A stretch of 64,000 nt of DNA from Myxococcota bacterium. GTDB taxonomy: Bacteria > Myxococcota > B64-G9. Positions 32,375 through 44,818 of this stretch are shown here, piece by piece (position 1 is the first letter of the stretch; every line of letters starts with the position of its first letter). The translations under genes and the position numbers were made by a program. The notes beneath the pieces were generated by a model. It did no database searches. It had not been told where the DNA came from and was given only the letters and a program-made list of their open reading frames with translations. The stretch spans positions 8,176 through 72,175 of the forward strand of contig DATKYQ010000002.1 in assembly GCA_035528415.1 (NCBI GenBank), written 5' to 3'.

Positions 32375-34834
32375 ATGATGCATCTTCTTACGTTCCTGGT
32401 GGTTAGCTGCGTTTCCGGACCGGTCGTCGGCCCAGGACCCGGGGACATCTTGCGCGCGCAGGCCTTTGCACCGCTTTTGGCACAGTCTTTCGGAATGGAC
32501 GTCGACGAGGGTGAAAAGGCCGCGCGTCCCGAGAAGAAGGCCAAGCCAAAACCGAAAAAGAAGCCGGCCGAAGTCAAGAATGAAAAAGACCTCTGGAGCG
32601 AGCCCGCAGAAAAGGCCAAGGGCGAGGGGAAAGAGGGCGACAAAGGAGAAGACGACAAGGGAGAAGGCGACGTCGAAGAGATCCCCGAGGACGAGATAGA
32701 AGATGTCGATACGGGCGATGAGGGGGCCGATCAGGGGAAGGGCGAGCAAGTCCCGGACGAAGGCGAGCAAGGCCAAGATACCCAGCGCGACAAGTGGGGG
32801 GACGAGGAACGCATCAAGAACGCCGAGTCACTGGACAACGAAAAAGACCTGCCCCTGGTCAAGAAACCCGCTCGGGCCGATGCCGGCATGAAAAAGCCGG
32901 TGGCCCAAAAACCATTACCCGCGCCCGACGCCGGTATGGCCAAGGAGCCTCGGCCGGTCGCCGGCGGCGCGGCGGAAGAAACCCGGGAGGACGCAGGACA
33001 GCAAGGCGAACCGCAAGTCGCCGGCAAGATTCGGCCGCCTTCGGGCAGTGTGGCCGATCTGTCCGCCTTGTGGGAGCAGCGGCGCATCCATCTGTCGCAA
33101 AGAGACTTCGAACTGGCGGGCCAGGATCTGGAGCGCTTTCTGCAGTTGAAGGAGGAGCTCGACATCCGCAACCTGTACGGCCGCGCCCAGGTGCTCTTGC
33201 GAGAGGCCCTAAAGGCGCGCCGGGCCGAGGATCTCAAACTGGCAGGCAAGTTGGTGGAGGCGGCGGTAGCGGCCGCCCCCGATATGCCGGCCGTCTACAT
33301 GGGCAGGGCTTCATTGTGGTTCGCCCAGAACCCGCTCGGAGTGGGTCGGGTGCTGGGCGCCTTGATGGATGCCTCGCGGGCCGCTTTCGCAGACCCTTTG
33401 TCGCTGAATCGATTCCTGGTTGACCTGATTACGGGCCTGTTGATGGGACTGGTGCTGGCCGCGGGAATTTTCGTCCTGGTTCAGTTCCTGCGCTACCTGC
33501 GCCTGTTCTTCCACGATTTTCACCATCTCTTCCCGGCCGGCGTGGCACAATTGCAAACCGGATTTCTTGCCGTTCTGGTGATTTTGGTGCCGGTCATTTT
33601 CAGAACCGGCCTGGTATCGGTGCTGATAGTGTGGGCTTTGATCGCCTGGGTCTATCAGCAACGCCGCGAGAGGATCGTCACCTTCCTGGTGGTTGTTTTC
33701 CTGGCCATGATTCCGTTTGCCTTGAACTGGATTGTCGCAGGTGTCAACCTGCCCGAAACCCTGATCGGCGACGTGGCGGCCGTAGAACGGGGGGCGGCCC
33801 CCAGCAGAAGCATAGGTCGCTTGAAGGCTTACCTGGAGGAGGATCCCGGATCTGAGGTCGTGCTGGCTTCGCTGGGAGGATACTACAAGCGCACGGGGGA
33901 AATGGCCCTGGCACGCGGTTACCTCGAGCGGGCGATCGGCGCACATCCCGAATCGGCCGTGCTGCACAACAATCTGGGCAACGTCCTTTTCCTGACCGGC
34001 GATCTTACCGGGGCGCTGAAGCATTACGACCGGGCCGCCGACAAACGACCCGATTTGGCAGAGCCTTACTATAACCTGAGCCGGGCCTATTCGGCGAGAC
34101 TCGATCTCGATAAGGCGCGCGAACATCGGCGTGATGCCAACCGGCTTGATGCGGAAGGCGTGCGCCGCTGGATTAAAATGGCCAAGACCGGCCGGGCCCG
34201 CGACGCCGTGATAGATATTCCGCTTCCCGATAAATGGCTGCGGGCGGCCATCGGCAAGAGGGACGGGCATGAGTTACGGGAGGCCGCGGAGACCATCTGG
34301 GAGAACTGGGGCGGCGTCGGCAGCACGGGTGCATTTCCATACGTCGGCGCGGGTGTGATTGCCTTGATGGTGTTGTTGCTTTTGTTGCGCGGTAAAATCT
34401 ACATTTCCGGCCCGTGCGTGCGCTGCGGCCGGCCCGTCTGCCGCAGGTGCAACTCGGAGTTGCCCGATGACACCACTTGTGGACAGTGCTTTCACGCCTT
34501 CAGCCACAAAGACCAGGTGGATGCCAAATCGCGTATCGCAAAGGAAATCCAGATCCGCCACTACCGCCTGCGAAAGGAGCGCCTGGCGCGATTCATCACC
34601 TTCGTCTTGCCGGGCGTCGGACAGATGGTGAAAGACAGGCCGCTTCGCGGAGCGCTGTTCTTGGCGGTCTCTTGCTGTGTGCTGACACAAGTATTGCTGG
34701 GCGGCGACGGCCTGATGGTCGACCCGCATTCACTGGGAACCGGAATCGATTGGATCAAGTTCGTGCCGCTCATGATTTTATTCGCCGGCACCTATGCCTG
34801 GGCCGTCCTGGACGCGTTCCGGGCGGAAACTTGA
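32375..34834 (+). CDS. Large membrane protein: signal/anchor, Lys/Glu/Asp-rich low-complexity region, TPR repeats, ~8 TM helices, CxxC...CxxC zinc-ribbon
   Basis: The six-frame ORF begins at 32144 but runs through the tRNA; first plausible ATG is 32375 (MMHLLTFLVVSCVSG). TPR-like blocks (ALARGYLERAIGAHPESAVLHNNLGNVLFLTGDLTGALKHYDRAADKRPDLAEPYYNLSRAY). Zinc ribbon CVRCGRPVCRRCNSELPDDTTCGQCF. Confidence 0.55.
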   Translation: MMHLLTFLVVSCVSGPVVGPGPGDILRAQAFAPLLAQSFGMDVDEGEKAARPEKKAKPKPKKKPAEVKNEKDLWSEPAEKAKGEGKEGDKGEDDKGEGDVEEIPEDEIEDVDTGDEGADQGKGEQVPDEGEQGQDTQRDKWGDEERIKNAESLDNEKDLPLVKKPARADAGMKKPVAQKPLPAPDAGMAKEPRPVAGGAAEETREDAGQQGEPQVAGKIRPPSGSVADLSALWEQRRIHLSQRDFELAGQDLERFLQLKEELDIRNLYGRAQVLLREALKARRAEDLKLAGKLVEAAVAAAPDMPAVYMGRASLWFAQNPLGVGRVLGALMDASRAAFADPLSLNRFLVDLITGLLMGLVLAAGIFVLVQFLRYLRLFFHDFHHLFPAGVAQLQTGFLAVLVILVPVIFRTGLVSVLIVWALIAWVYQQRRERIVTFLVVVFLAMIPFALNWIVAGVNLPETLIGDVAAVERGAAPSRSIGRLKAYLEEDPGSEVVLASLGGYYKRTGEMALARGYLERAIGAHPESAVLHNNLGNVLFLTGDLTGALKHYDRAADKRPDLAEPYYNLSRAYSARLDLDKAREHRRDANRLDAEGVRRWIKMAKTGRARDAVIDIPLPDKWLRAAIGKRDGHELREAAETIWENWGGVGSTGAFPYVGAGVIALMVLLLLLRGKIYISGPCVRCGRPVCRRCNSELPDDTTCGQCFHAFSHKDQVDAKSRIAKEIQIRHYRLRKERLARFITFVLPGVGQMVKDRPLRGALFLAVSCCVLTQVLLGGDGLMVDPHSLGTGIDWIKFVPLMILFAGTYAWAVLDAFRAET

Positions 34835-34850
34835 TGCCGCGAGGGAAGCC

Positions 34851-36022
34851 ATGGCGCTCAAGGGAACCCTGAAAGACTTCGGCATCGCCGACATTTTCCA
34901 GCTGATCAGCCATCAGTCCAAGACCGGGGTGCTGCACCTGCATTCGAAGGATCAGGAAGTGCGCATCTCGTTCGTAAACGGCGACGTTGTGCGGGCCGAG
35001 TCGACCACTCGCAAAAGCAAGGATCTGCTGGGGGCCATGTTGGTCAGGGCCAAGATTCTCTCCGAGGCCCAGCTGGAACAGGCTCTCGAGATCCAGAAGC
35101 GCACCCTGAAGCGCTTGGGAAGCATCCTGGTGGAACGGGGGTTCATCAGCCAGTCCGACATCAAGGAGTTTACCCTGTTGCAGACGACCGAGACGGTCTA
35201 CAAGCTTTTCAACTGGGAGGTTGGAACCTACGCCTTCGAGGCGGAAGACGTGGTTTACGACAAGGACACGGTCGAGCCGATTCGCTCAGAGAACGTTCTG
35301 ATGGAAGGCTTCCGGATGGTCGACGAATGGCCGATGGTCCGGAAAAAAATTACCTCGTTGGAGATGACCTTCAAGAAAGTCAAGAAGCTCCCCGGCCAGG
35401 CGGCGGGTAGCGTTGATGACGAGATCGACAGCGCCATTGACGACATGTTCTCGGAGGGCGGCGGTAAAGGCGCCAAGGCCGGGAGCGTCGGAAGAAGTGA
35501 GATCAAGGTATACGAGCTGATCGAGGAAGGTCGCGGTGTTCAGAAGCTGATAGACCTGTCTAGATTGGGTGAGTTCGAAACCTGTAAGGCACTGGTCGGC
35601 TTGCTGGCCGATGGGTACATCAAGGTTGACACGGTTCGCAAGGACATCGCCGGGGAGAAACCCGGCCGCCGGGTTCGCTCTTTTTCCTTCGGCCGCGTTT
35701 TCGTCCAGGCCGGCATGTACCTGTTCATTGTCGGGCTGCTCTTCATTCTTTACCGCACGGTGGATGTGCTGGCCTTGTTCGAACCGTCCGAGGGCAGGTT
35801 TTTTGAGAATCCTGCCGCCAAGACGTTGGTGGGTAAATCCCACCTTCAACGCCTGCGGACGGCCCTCGACGTCTATCGCCTGGAGCAAGGACATTACCCC
35901 GAAGAACTGTCCGAGCTGGTGTCAAGTGGCCTGGTGTCGGAATCGGCGCTGAAGTTTCCCTGGCGCTCGACGAGAGCCTATCGCCGCGTCGATGGCGGCT
36001 ACCTGCTGCTGAGGCCTTTCGA

Positions 36023-36026
<4 letters not shown>
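34851..36026 (+). CDS. DUF4388-like N-terminal domain / TM helix / C-terminal T2SS GspG (pseudopilin)-like domain fusion protein
   Basis: GAGGGAAG RBS. N-terminus MALKGTLKDFGIADIFQLI (DUF4388-type motif). Hydrophobic helix AGMYLFIVGLLFILY. C-terminus LQRLRTALDVYRLEQGHYPEELSELVSSGLV...FPW, resembling the GspG core (L..AL..YRLDNGRYPTTEQGL.ALV...DPWG) but without a prepilin leader. Confidence 0.6.
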
Positions 36027-37043
<1,017 letters not shown>

Positions 37044-37057
<14 letters not shown>

Positions 37058-39620
37058 GAACGCCATGGAACGAGGCCGGGCCAACCTCAAGGCCGTTGTG
37101 GAGAAGAGTTTCGACTGGCACAAGTGGTTGCTCCCCGGCGCTCTGGTGCTGATGCTGCTCGGTTTGGGGATCACGGTTGCGGTATTCGTCAACCCGGCCG
37201 CTACCAGTCCCAGCCTGCCTATCAAAGATGAAGATGTCGGCAAGGTGGCCAGCGCGGACATCCGTGCGCCGATCAGTTTTACAGTGCCGGACATCGAGTC
37301 TACCGAGCGCAAGCGAGGCGAGGCCGAAGAGGCTGTGCACTCGGTTTATGATTTCGAAACGGATCTGGGCAACGAGCGGGTGCGTCGCCTGAAAGAGGCC
37401 TTCACAGAGATGGCCGGGGTGGTCAACGAGCACCAGGCCTTGCTTGATAATCAGGGCGGCGCCGACACAAAGGGATCCGCCGCAGGGAGAAACGCGGCTC
37501 CAGGTGACGGCGAGAAAAGAAGCAATCCCAGGAAGGGCAAGCCGGGAGATCACTCCTCACGTGAGATCGACGCCAGGCGCGAAGCCGACCTGGTTTCATT
37601 GCGTGAGAGCCTGAAGGCCAAGCTTTATGCCCGTAAGGATCATTTCGTCAAGATTCTCCAGGTTGTGGTCGGCGAGGATGACTTTGACAGGCTTTGCCAG
37701 GATCGCTTCTCGGTCAAGTCCCTGTCGGCCTTGAGCACGCTGGTGGCGCGCACCATGCGCCACATGATCGTCCAGAGCCGCGAGTTGATGGCGGCCGAAC
37801 GAGCCCGGGGCATCACGGTGCGTTTCCTGCGGGAGGGAATACAAGATCGGGAACAGGTCGTAATGAATTTCACCAAAATACTCGATCGTGAAGAGGCGCT
37901 GTCGCGGGTCAGGCAGACGGCCGCCCTGGAACTGCCCGATATGCCGCGCTCCCTGCTGAACGTGATCGTCCGCCTGGCGGGAAACCTGATGGTGCCCAAT
38001 CTGTCGTACAACCGGGCCGAGACTGAGCGGCGCAAGCGGGAGGCGCGTGAGGCGGTTCAGCCACTGGAGATTCGCATCCAGAAGGGCGCCAAGATCATTC
38101 GTGACGGCGATCCGATTAAAAAGACCCACATCCGCATTTTCCAGCAGATGCAGAAGCTGACCGAGGTCTCCAACGCGCCGGAGATGGCCGTGGGGACGGT
38201 CATGATGGTAATCTTGATACTGCTGATTGTAGTTTTCTTCTCGGCCCGAAACATTCGCGCTTTCAGAACCGAACCCAGGGATCTGTTCTATCTCGGGATG
38301 GTGCTGTTCATGTTCATCATCACCACCAAGATCTGGTTCTGGGTCTTCGGGGCTGTCTGGGAGCGATTCAAGTTCTTCCCGCTGGAGTCGTTCTACTACG
38401 CTATTCCCTTCGCGGCCGGCGCCATGTTGGTGCGCTTCGTGCTCAACAGCGAAATGGCCCTGGGCTTCGCGGCCGCGGCGTCGATCATCGCCGGCCTGCT
38501 GATGGAGAATAGCATCGGCTTCACGATCTACTGCCTGGTAAGTTCAATCGTTGCTGCCTGGGCCGTCGCATCGGCTAAACAGCGAGCATCACTCTTCAAG
38601 GCGGGTGCCGTCACCGGCCTGGCGAATATCGGCCTGGTGGTTGCCTTGACGCTGTTTGCGGGAACATTTTTCACGCATGAAACCATCTTCAATGCAATCT
38701 TTGCCTTCGCCGGAGGAATTTTAGCGGCGATGATTGTCATGTCGAGCGCTCCGGTTGTCGAGGTACTGTTCGGCTATACCACCGACATCAAGCTGCTGGA
38801 GTTGGCCAACCTGAACCATCCCCTGCTCAAGGACCTGATCGTCCAGGCCCCGGGTTCATACCATCACAGTATTATTGTCGGTTCGCTGGTGGAGGCCGCC
38901 GCGGAGACGATCAACTGCAACCCGCTCCTGGCCCGCGTGATGGCTTACTACCATGATATCGGCAAGGTCAAGAGCCCCAGCTACTTTTCCGAGAACCAGC
39001 GTGACGCCAACAACCCGCACGACAAGCTCAAACCAAGCCTGTCGGCGACCGTCTTGAAAACCCACGTCAAGGACGGGGCCGAGCTTGCCCGGGCCAGCAG
39101 GCTGGGCCAGCCGATCGTCGACGCCATCCTGCAGCATCACGGCACGTCGTTGATAAAGTACTTCTGCCAGAAAGCCAAGGAGCAGGAGGATCCCGAGAAC
39201 CCGGTCAAGGAGGAGGAGTTCCGCTATCCCGGGCCCAAGCCACAGAGCCGCGAGGTGGCGCTGGTCATGCTGGCCGACAGCGTCGAGGCGGCGGCCAAGA
39301 GCATCTCCGATCCTTCCCCCGCCAGGCTGCAAGGACTGGTGCAGAACATGATCAACCGCATCTTTGCCGATGGGCAACTGGACGAGTGTGACCTGACGCT
39401 CAAGGATCTTCACGAGATTGCCCGGGCCTTCAACCGCGTACTGACCGGCATCTACCACCGGCGCCCCGATTACCCGGAATCGGCCACCAAGGAGCGCGAG
39501 TCGGGCGAACGCAAGACCCGCACCGGCGAACACAAGGCGGCCCCGGCCAAGAAAGAAGGCGCCGAAAAGCAGCACGAAGGCGAGGAGAAGCCAGAGGATC
39601 TCAAGCGACTAGGGATGTAA
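37044..39620 (+). CDS. 7TM receptor with intracellular HD-GYP/HD hydrolase domain (PgpH/YqfF-like phosphodiesterase)
   Basis: Large extracytoplasmic N-domain, 7 TM helices, HD domain (HHSIIVGSL...YYHDIGKVKSP). Start could be ATG 37044 or 37065. Confidence 0.8.
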
Positions 39621-39622
39621 CG

Positions 39623-40078
39623 ATGACAGTACGCCTTACAAGGCGGCCCGGCTTGCCCCCGCCAAGAAGCGGCGCCGTCCGCAAGAGAGCCGAGCGTTTA
39701 CTCAGACTTTTGAATCTTGAAGATCGCGAGCTTTCGATCCTGCTCACCGGCGACGAAGAGATGACCGAGCTCAACAGCATCTGGCGAGGGCTTAAACGCA
39801 CCACCGACGTGCTGGCCTTTTCGCAACTGGAAGGGGAGGGCGGGGATACACATCGGCACCTGCTGGGCGACGTGGTCATCTGTGTGCCGCAGGCATTGCG
39901 CGGGGCCAAGCAGGAGCATAGCGAGCCGCTCGCGGAGATCACCCTGTTGCTGGTTCACGGCACGCTTCACCTGCTGGGCTACGAACACGTCGGCGCGGGC
40001 CGCAAGGCGGCCGCCGCCATGCGCAAGGAGCAGAAGCGCCTGCTTGCGCTGCTTGAAGGCAAGATGCGTAATGCCTGA
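39623..40078 (+). CDS. ybeY: rRNA maturation endoribonuclease YbeY
   Basis: Zinc-binding motif LLVHGTLHLLGYEH. Confidence 0.9.
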   Translation: MTVRLTRRPGLPPPRSGAVRKRAERLLRLLNLEDRELSILLTGDEEMTELNSIWRGLKRTTDVLAFSQLEGEGGDTHRHLLGDVVICVPQALRGAKQEHSEPLAEITLLLVHGTLHLLGYEHVGAGRKAAAAMRKEQKRLLALLEGKMRNA

Positions 40079-41717
40079 ATTTGAGACCGGGGGAAGGCGA
40101 TCAGGGGCCTGGTTGCGAGCGGCAACAGCCGTCGCCAGTGGGATCTTGATGGCCTTCTCGCTGCCGCTGGTGATGCCCGTGATGACGTCGGGTGAGCCAC
40201 TGCTGGGTCCCTGGTCTGAGTCGCTGGCGCTTTTCGGGCTGGTGCCCCTTTTGTGGCATCTTCGCGGGGCCGCGCCGAAGCGCGCTTTCTGGTTGGGAAC
40301 TTTAGCCGGCCTGGTCTACTTCATGCTGTGCCTGTCATGGCTGAACGTGGCCATGACGATTTTCGGGCACCTGCCGCAGATTGCGTCGCTGCCGATCCTC
40401 GGGCTGCTTTCGGGTTTCCTGGCGCTATTCTGGGGTGCCGCTTTCTGGGTGGCGGTCAGGATCGAGAAGAGGCTGGGCTTTCCCGTGTGCCTCGGATTGC
40501 CGCTTTGCTGGGTGGGGTTCGAGTTTTTACGCAACTACGTCTTGACCGGATTTCCATGGGCGGCGATTGGAACCACCCAGGCGCGCAGCCTGTGGCTGGC
40601 ACAGTTGGCCAGCCTGGGGGGCGTCTACCTGGTGGCCTTCGTGGTGGTTTTGACAAACACGACGCTCGAGTCCCTGCTGGCTTGGGTAAGGCACAGGGCG
40701 CCCCTGGCCGCGCGCACGGTAGCCGGATGGGCGGTGCTAATGGCCCTGGCGTCGATATTCGCCTCGCTTCGTCTGCAAGACGGCGCACAGCCGGACGGTA
40801 CGCGAATCAGGGTGGCGATCGTCCAGGGCAACCTGGACGAGAGAACCTATCTCAGAGGCGGGTCGGCACAGCGACGAGTCCTTGCGCGCATGCTGCGGCA
40901 GAGCGTTCTGGCTAGGCGTGCGGGGGCGGTTCTGGCAGTCTGGCCGGAGGGAACACTGCCTGCACCCCTATCTCCCCTGACCAAGTCTCTTGCAAACCTG
41001 GCGCCGCGCCTGCCAGCCGGAGAGCCTCTGCCGCGGGAGATGATCATCGGCGGCATCACCCGCGGCTACCGCGACGGGAAATTGCTGCTGACCAACAGCG
41101 CCTTTTTAGTGGATTCCGATCTGCACATCGAGGCCCGTTACGACAAGCGCCACCTGGTGCCCTTCGGCGAGTATGTGCCGCTGGCCTCGATCTTGCCATA
41201 TCAATGGTTCGTGCCTCCCGGCATCGCCTTCTTCTCGCCCGGGCCGAACCACCTGCCGCTCGATGCCCGGGCGGGCAAGCTGGGGATGATGATCTGCTAC
41301 GAGGCGATATTTCCCGAGATCGCAAGGGTTGCAGTCAATGGCGGCGCACGCCTGCTCGTCAATATCACCAACGATTCCTGGTACGGGGAAAGCTCGGCCC
41401 CCCACCAGCACCTGGCCCAAAGCCGCATGCGGGCCATCGAGACCGGCCGCTATCTGGTCCGCTCGGCCAATACGGGAGTCTCGGCCATAATCGATCCCTA
41501 CGGAAGGATAGTCGGTCGCATACCGCTGGGCCTGTCTCGGAGCGCCGGCGATCGCATAGGCTTCGGAGACTTGGAGCCGCCCATGATGCTTACGAAAACC
41601 GTGGCCTTGATCGATGGCAAGACGATCTACACAACCATCGGCGATCTGTTCGCCTGGCTGTGTTCGGCACTGGTGCTGGGCCTGTTGGGTTGGTCGTTTG
41701 CGAGAAAGAACTCTTAA
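40071..41717 (+). CDS. lnt: Apolipoprotein N-acyltransferase
   Basis: ATG 40071 overlaps the ybeY stop. About 7 N-terminal TM helices and a CN-hydrolase domain (RYDKRHLVPFGEYVP...MMICYEAIFPE). Confidence 0.85.
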   Translation: MPEFETGGRRSGAWLRAATAVASGILMAFSLPLVMPVMTSGEPLLGPWSESLALFGLVPLLWHLRGAAPKRAFWLGTLAGLVYFMLCLSWLNVAMTIFGHLPQIASLPILGLLSGFLALFWGAAFWVAVRIEKRLGFPVCLGLPLCWVGFEFLRNYVLTGFPWAAIGTTQARSLWLAQLASLGGVYLVAFVVVLTNTTLESLLAWVRHRAPLAARTVAGWAVLMALASIFASLRLQDGAQPDGTRIRVAIVQGNLDERTYLRGGSAQRRVLARMLRQSVLARRAGAVLAVWPEGTLPAPLSPLTKSLANLAPRLPAGEPLPREMIIGGITRGYRDGKLLLTNSAFLVDSDLHIEARYDKRHLVPFGEYVPLASILPYQWFVPPGIAFFSPGPNHLPLDARAGKLGMMICYEAIFPEIARVAVNGGARLLVNITNDSWYGESSAPHQHLAQSRMRAIETGRYLVRSANTGVSAIIDPYGRIVGRIPLGLSRSAGDRIGFGDLEPPMMLTKTVALIDGKTIYTTIGDLFAWLCSALVLGLLGWSFARKNS

Positions 41718-42487
41718 TAAGCGCCTAGTTCCGTGGCCGCCCCGCCACCGTGGGCGGTCATGGCCACCGTGTAGCGGTCGCCCTGGCCGCTTTTGAACTC
41801 ATACTTGACCAGCCCGCCCGGGACATCGTCCGAGAAGAAGAAGTCCAGGTTGCCGGAGCCGGCGCCAGAGCTGAAGCGCACGTGGTTCGAAGATACGCTC
41901 AGCGTGCCGGAAGCGACCGTGACCGTGCCGACCGCATGTTCGCCGATCCACTGGTCTTCGAGAGCCCGGGGCGCAGCGAAGCCGCCCTCGCCGGGATCGA
42001 ACTTGATTTCGCTGATCTCGGCTTTTCCCATCCTGGCCAGCAGCCGGACGATCCGAGTGCGATCGGCCGAAAAGAGAACCTCGAAGACGGAGGTGCTGTC
42101 CGCGTCCTCACCCATGGCCTTGAGGCGCCACCACTCGCTGCCGTCGTCGTTGCGCTTGAGAAAAGCCTTTTCGACCTTCAGCGGCTGCTCGGGACCTTTC
42201 GAATCACCGGCTTCCTGGACTTCGTGTTTCCAGCTGGTCCACTCGCCGGGTTGGTATGCATGGCGCGCCAGCCAGAAGCCGCCGGCCCAGAAATAAGCGG
42301 CCATCAGGCCCATGGCGTAGCTCTTGTACATCGGGGCGGTGATGCCGGCGGCGGCATTGGCGGCCATGGCGTTGGCCGAATCGTCGACGGCCTGGTCGAC
42401 GGCCGCGTCGAAGAAGAAGCAGCCGGAGGTGAACATGGATGCGGTCAGCAATGCCAGCAGTGATTGATAAAAAGTTTTTCTGAGCAT
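41714..42487 (-). CDS. Hypothetical lipoprotein
   Basis: Start chosen at MLRKTF... with GGGAGG RBS. Lipobox FTSGC. No recognisable domain. Confidence 0.5.
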   Translation of the reverse strand: MLRKTFYQSLLALLTASMFTSGCFFFDAAVDQAVDDSANAMAANAAAGITAPMYKSYAMGLMAAYFWAGGFWLARHAYQPGEWTSWKHEVQEAGDSKGPEQPLKVEKAFLKRNDDGSEWWRLKAMGEDADSTSVFEVLFSADRTRIVRLLARMGKAEISEIKFDPGEGGFAAPRALEDQWIGEHAVGTVTVASGTLSVSSNHVRFSSGAGSGNLDFFFSDDVPGGLVKYEFKSGQGDRYTVAMTAHGGGAATELGAY

Positions 42488-42609
42488 TTCGCGAGCCTCC
42501 CGGAAAAAGTTGAGGGCCAGTTGCCGAATTGAAGCTCCACCCGGAGAGCATGTCAAAGAAATTCATCGCTCGTCATTGACTTGGATCACCAGTGTGCTAG
42601 AAGTCGGGC

Positions 42610-43512
42610 ATGACCGCTTGCATAAAAATATCGGATCTCCACAAGAAGTTCGGGGACACCACGGCCGTAGACGGAATTTCATTCGAGATCATTAGAGGGG
42701 AGAGCTTCGGGTTGCTGGGGCCCAACGGGGCGGGAAAGACCACCACCTTGAACATGCTGTCCGGACTGCTCGAACCGGACTCCGGTTCGGTGGAGATCGA
42801 AGGCCTTGCCGGCGCCGCTCCCGCGCGACTCAGGCGCGAGATCGGCGCCGCCCCGCAGTCGCTGTCCCTCTACGAAGAAATGACGGCCGAGGAGAATCTT
42901 TCTTTTTTTGGGCGCCTGTACGGGCTCTCCGGTAAGCGACTCAAGGAGCGCGTCGGCTGGGCGTTGGCATTCGCGCTGCTCGAAGATCGCAAGGCCGAGA
43001 GGGTCAAGGTCTTCTCGGGCGGCATGCAACGGCGGCTGAACATGGCTTGCGCCCTGGTTCACGATCCGCCGCTTTTACTATTGGATGAGCCTACGGTCGG
43101 CGTCGATCCACAATCGCGAAATCATATCTTCGAAAGCATCGAGGCGCTCAAAGGCGAAGGTCGCACAATAGTCTACACCACCCACTACATGGAAGAGGCC
43201 CAGCGCTTGTGTGATCGGGTGGCGATCATCGATCAGGGAAAGATCATGGCCCTGGATAAAGTCGACCGGCTGATTGCGAGCCATGGGGGCGCCTCGGTTG
43301 TCGAGGTGACACTGGCCGAGCCGCCCGCCGACCCCGCGGCCCTGCCGGGCAAGCTCACGGGCTCGCAGCTCAGGGTAGAGACCAGCGAGCCCCTGAAGGT
43401 CGTCGCCCGGATCGCCTCGAGCGGCGTCAAGATTCTCAAGCTGATGGTTGACCAGGCCGACCTGGAATCTGTGTTTCTCAACTTGACCGGCAGGAGGCTC
43501 AGAGACCAATGA
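42610..43512 (+). CDS. ABC transporter ATP-binding protein (ABC-2 type)
   Basis: Walker A GPNGAGKTT. ABC signature FSGGMQRRL. Walker B LLLLDEPTVGVD. Confidence 0.9.
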   Translation: MTACIKISDLHKKFGDTTAVDGISFEIIRGESFGLLGPNGAGKTTTLNMLSGLLEPDSGSVEIEGLAGAAPARLRREIGAAPQSLSLYEEMTAEENLSFFGRLYGLSGKRLKERVGWALAFALLEDRKAERVKVFSGGMQRRLNMACALVHDPPLLLLDEPTVGVDPQSRNHIFESIEALKGEGRTIVYTTHYMEEAQRLCDRVAIIDQGKIMALDKVDRLIASHGGASVVEVTLAEPPADPAALPGKLTGSQLRVETSEPLKVVARIASSGVKILKLMVDQADLESVFLNLTGRRLRDQ

Positions 43513-44768
43513 ACGGCATCTTGACCCTGGCGTTCAAAGATCTGCGTCTGCTGTGGCGCGATCGCTTCGGCATGTTCTGGGTGTTTGCCTTCCCGCTGAT
43601 CATGGCGCTGCTCTTCGGCTCGCTCTACTCGGGCGGCGGCGGCGCGCAGAACATCAAGATCGGCGTCATCGACCAGGATCAAACACCGCGCTCGGGCTCC
43701 TACGTCGAGAGACTGGAGAAAACGGATGCATTGAAGGTCGAGCGCCTGCCGCTCGACCAGGCGCGCCGGAAAGTGCGTCAAGGAGATCTCTCGGCTTACG
43801 TGCTTCTGGAGAAGGGCTTCGGCGAGCTGAGCTTCGGAGGCAGCCGGGGTCTGCCGCTGCAGATGGGGGTCGATCCGTCAAAGTCGTCGGCCCGGGCTTA
43901 CCTGCAGGGAATTCTGGTGCAGAAGTGGTTCGAGTCGCTGCAGGACGTGTTTGCCGAGCCCGAGAGCATGCGCAAACTCGTGCGCAAGGGATTGACAGAT
44001 GTCGACGAGTCGCCGGATGTCTCGGCTGAACAGCGGCTGGTGCTAAAGACGTTCATGGGCAGCGTGGACAAGTTTCTGGATCAGGTCGACTCCGACGTCT
44101 ATCGCTCGGGCGAACCCCTGGGAAACATGCAGATCAAGACCGTCTCGGTCATCAGCGACACAACCCGCCCGCGCAGCCCCTTCGATATCACCTTTCCCTC
44201 GGGCATCTTGTGGGGCCTGATTGGCTGCGCCACGGCCTTCGGCATCTCGATTGTCTCAGAGCGTAACTCGGGCACGCTCAAGCGCATCAGGCTCTCTCCG
44301 CTGGGCCGTCCGCAGATCATGGCCGGCAAGGGAGTGGCCTGCTTCATCGCCTGTCTGGCGACGGCCGCTGTGCTTTTGGTGATCGGGAAGATCTTCTTCA
44401 AGGTACAGGTCGACGATCCGTTCAAGGCGGCCATGGCGCTTGTAAGCGTCTCGTTGTGTTTCGTGGGCATCATGATGTTGATTTCCGTGCTTGGAAAAAC
44501 CGAACGGGCCGTCTCGGGCGCCGGCTGGGCCGTGTTGCTGGTGATGGCCATGTTCGGCGGCTGCATGATGCCGCTGGCTTTCATGCCGGGTTGGATGCAG
44601 GCCATCAGCAACCTGAGCCCGGTCAAGTGGGGTGTATTGGCCATCGAGGGGGCCGTCTGGCGCCAGTTCAGCTACACAGAGATGCTGCCCGCCTGCGGCG
44701 TCCTGGTCGGAGTCGGGGCGCTCTTTTTCGCAATCGGCGTCCGTCTATTCTCGCGCAACGAGGCATGA
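43509..44768 (+). CDS. ABC-2 family transporter permease
   Basis: Translationally coupled to the ATPase. N-terminal TM helix, large periplasmic loop, 5 C-terminal TM helices. Confidence 0.8.
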   Translation: MNGILTLAFKDLRLLWRDRFGMFWVFAFPLIMALLFGSLYSGGGGAQNIKIGVIDQDQTPRSGSYVERLEKTDALKVERLPLDQARRKVRQGDLSAYVLLEKGFGELSFGGSRGLPLQMGVDPSKSSARAYLQGILVQKWFESLQDVFAEPESMRKLVRKGLTDVDESPDVSAEQRLVLKTFMGSVDKFLDQVDSDVYRSGEPLGNMQIKTVSVISDTTRPRSPFDITFPSGILWGLIGCATAFGISIVSERNSGTLKRIRLSPLGRPQIMAGKGVACFIACLATAAVLLVIGKIFFKVQVDDPFKAAMALVSVSLCFVGIMMLISVLGKTERAVSGAGWAVLLVMAMFGGCMMPLAFMPGWMQAISNLSPVKWGVLAIEGAVWRQFSYTEMLPACGVLVGVGALFFAIGVRLFSRNEA

Positions 44769-44818
44769 TTTGGTCGCGTCACGGCTATGTTCTGAGGTAA
44801 AAAACAACTAGACAGAAA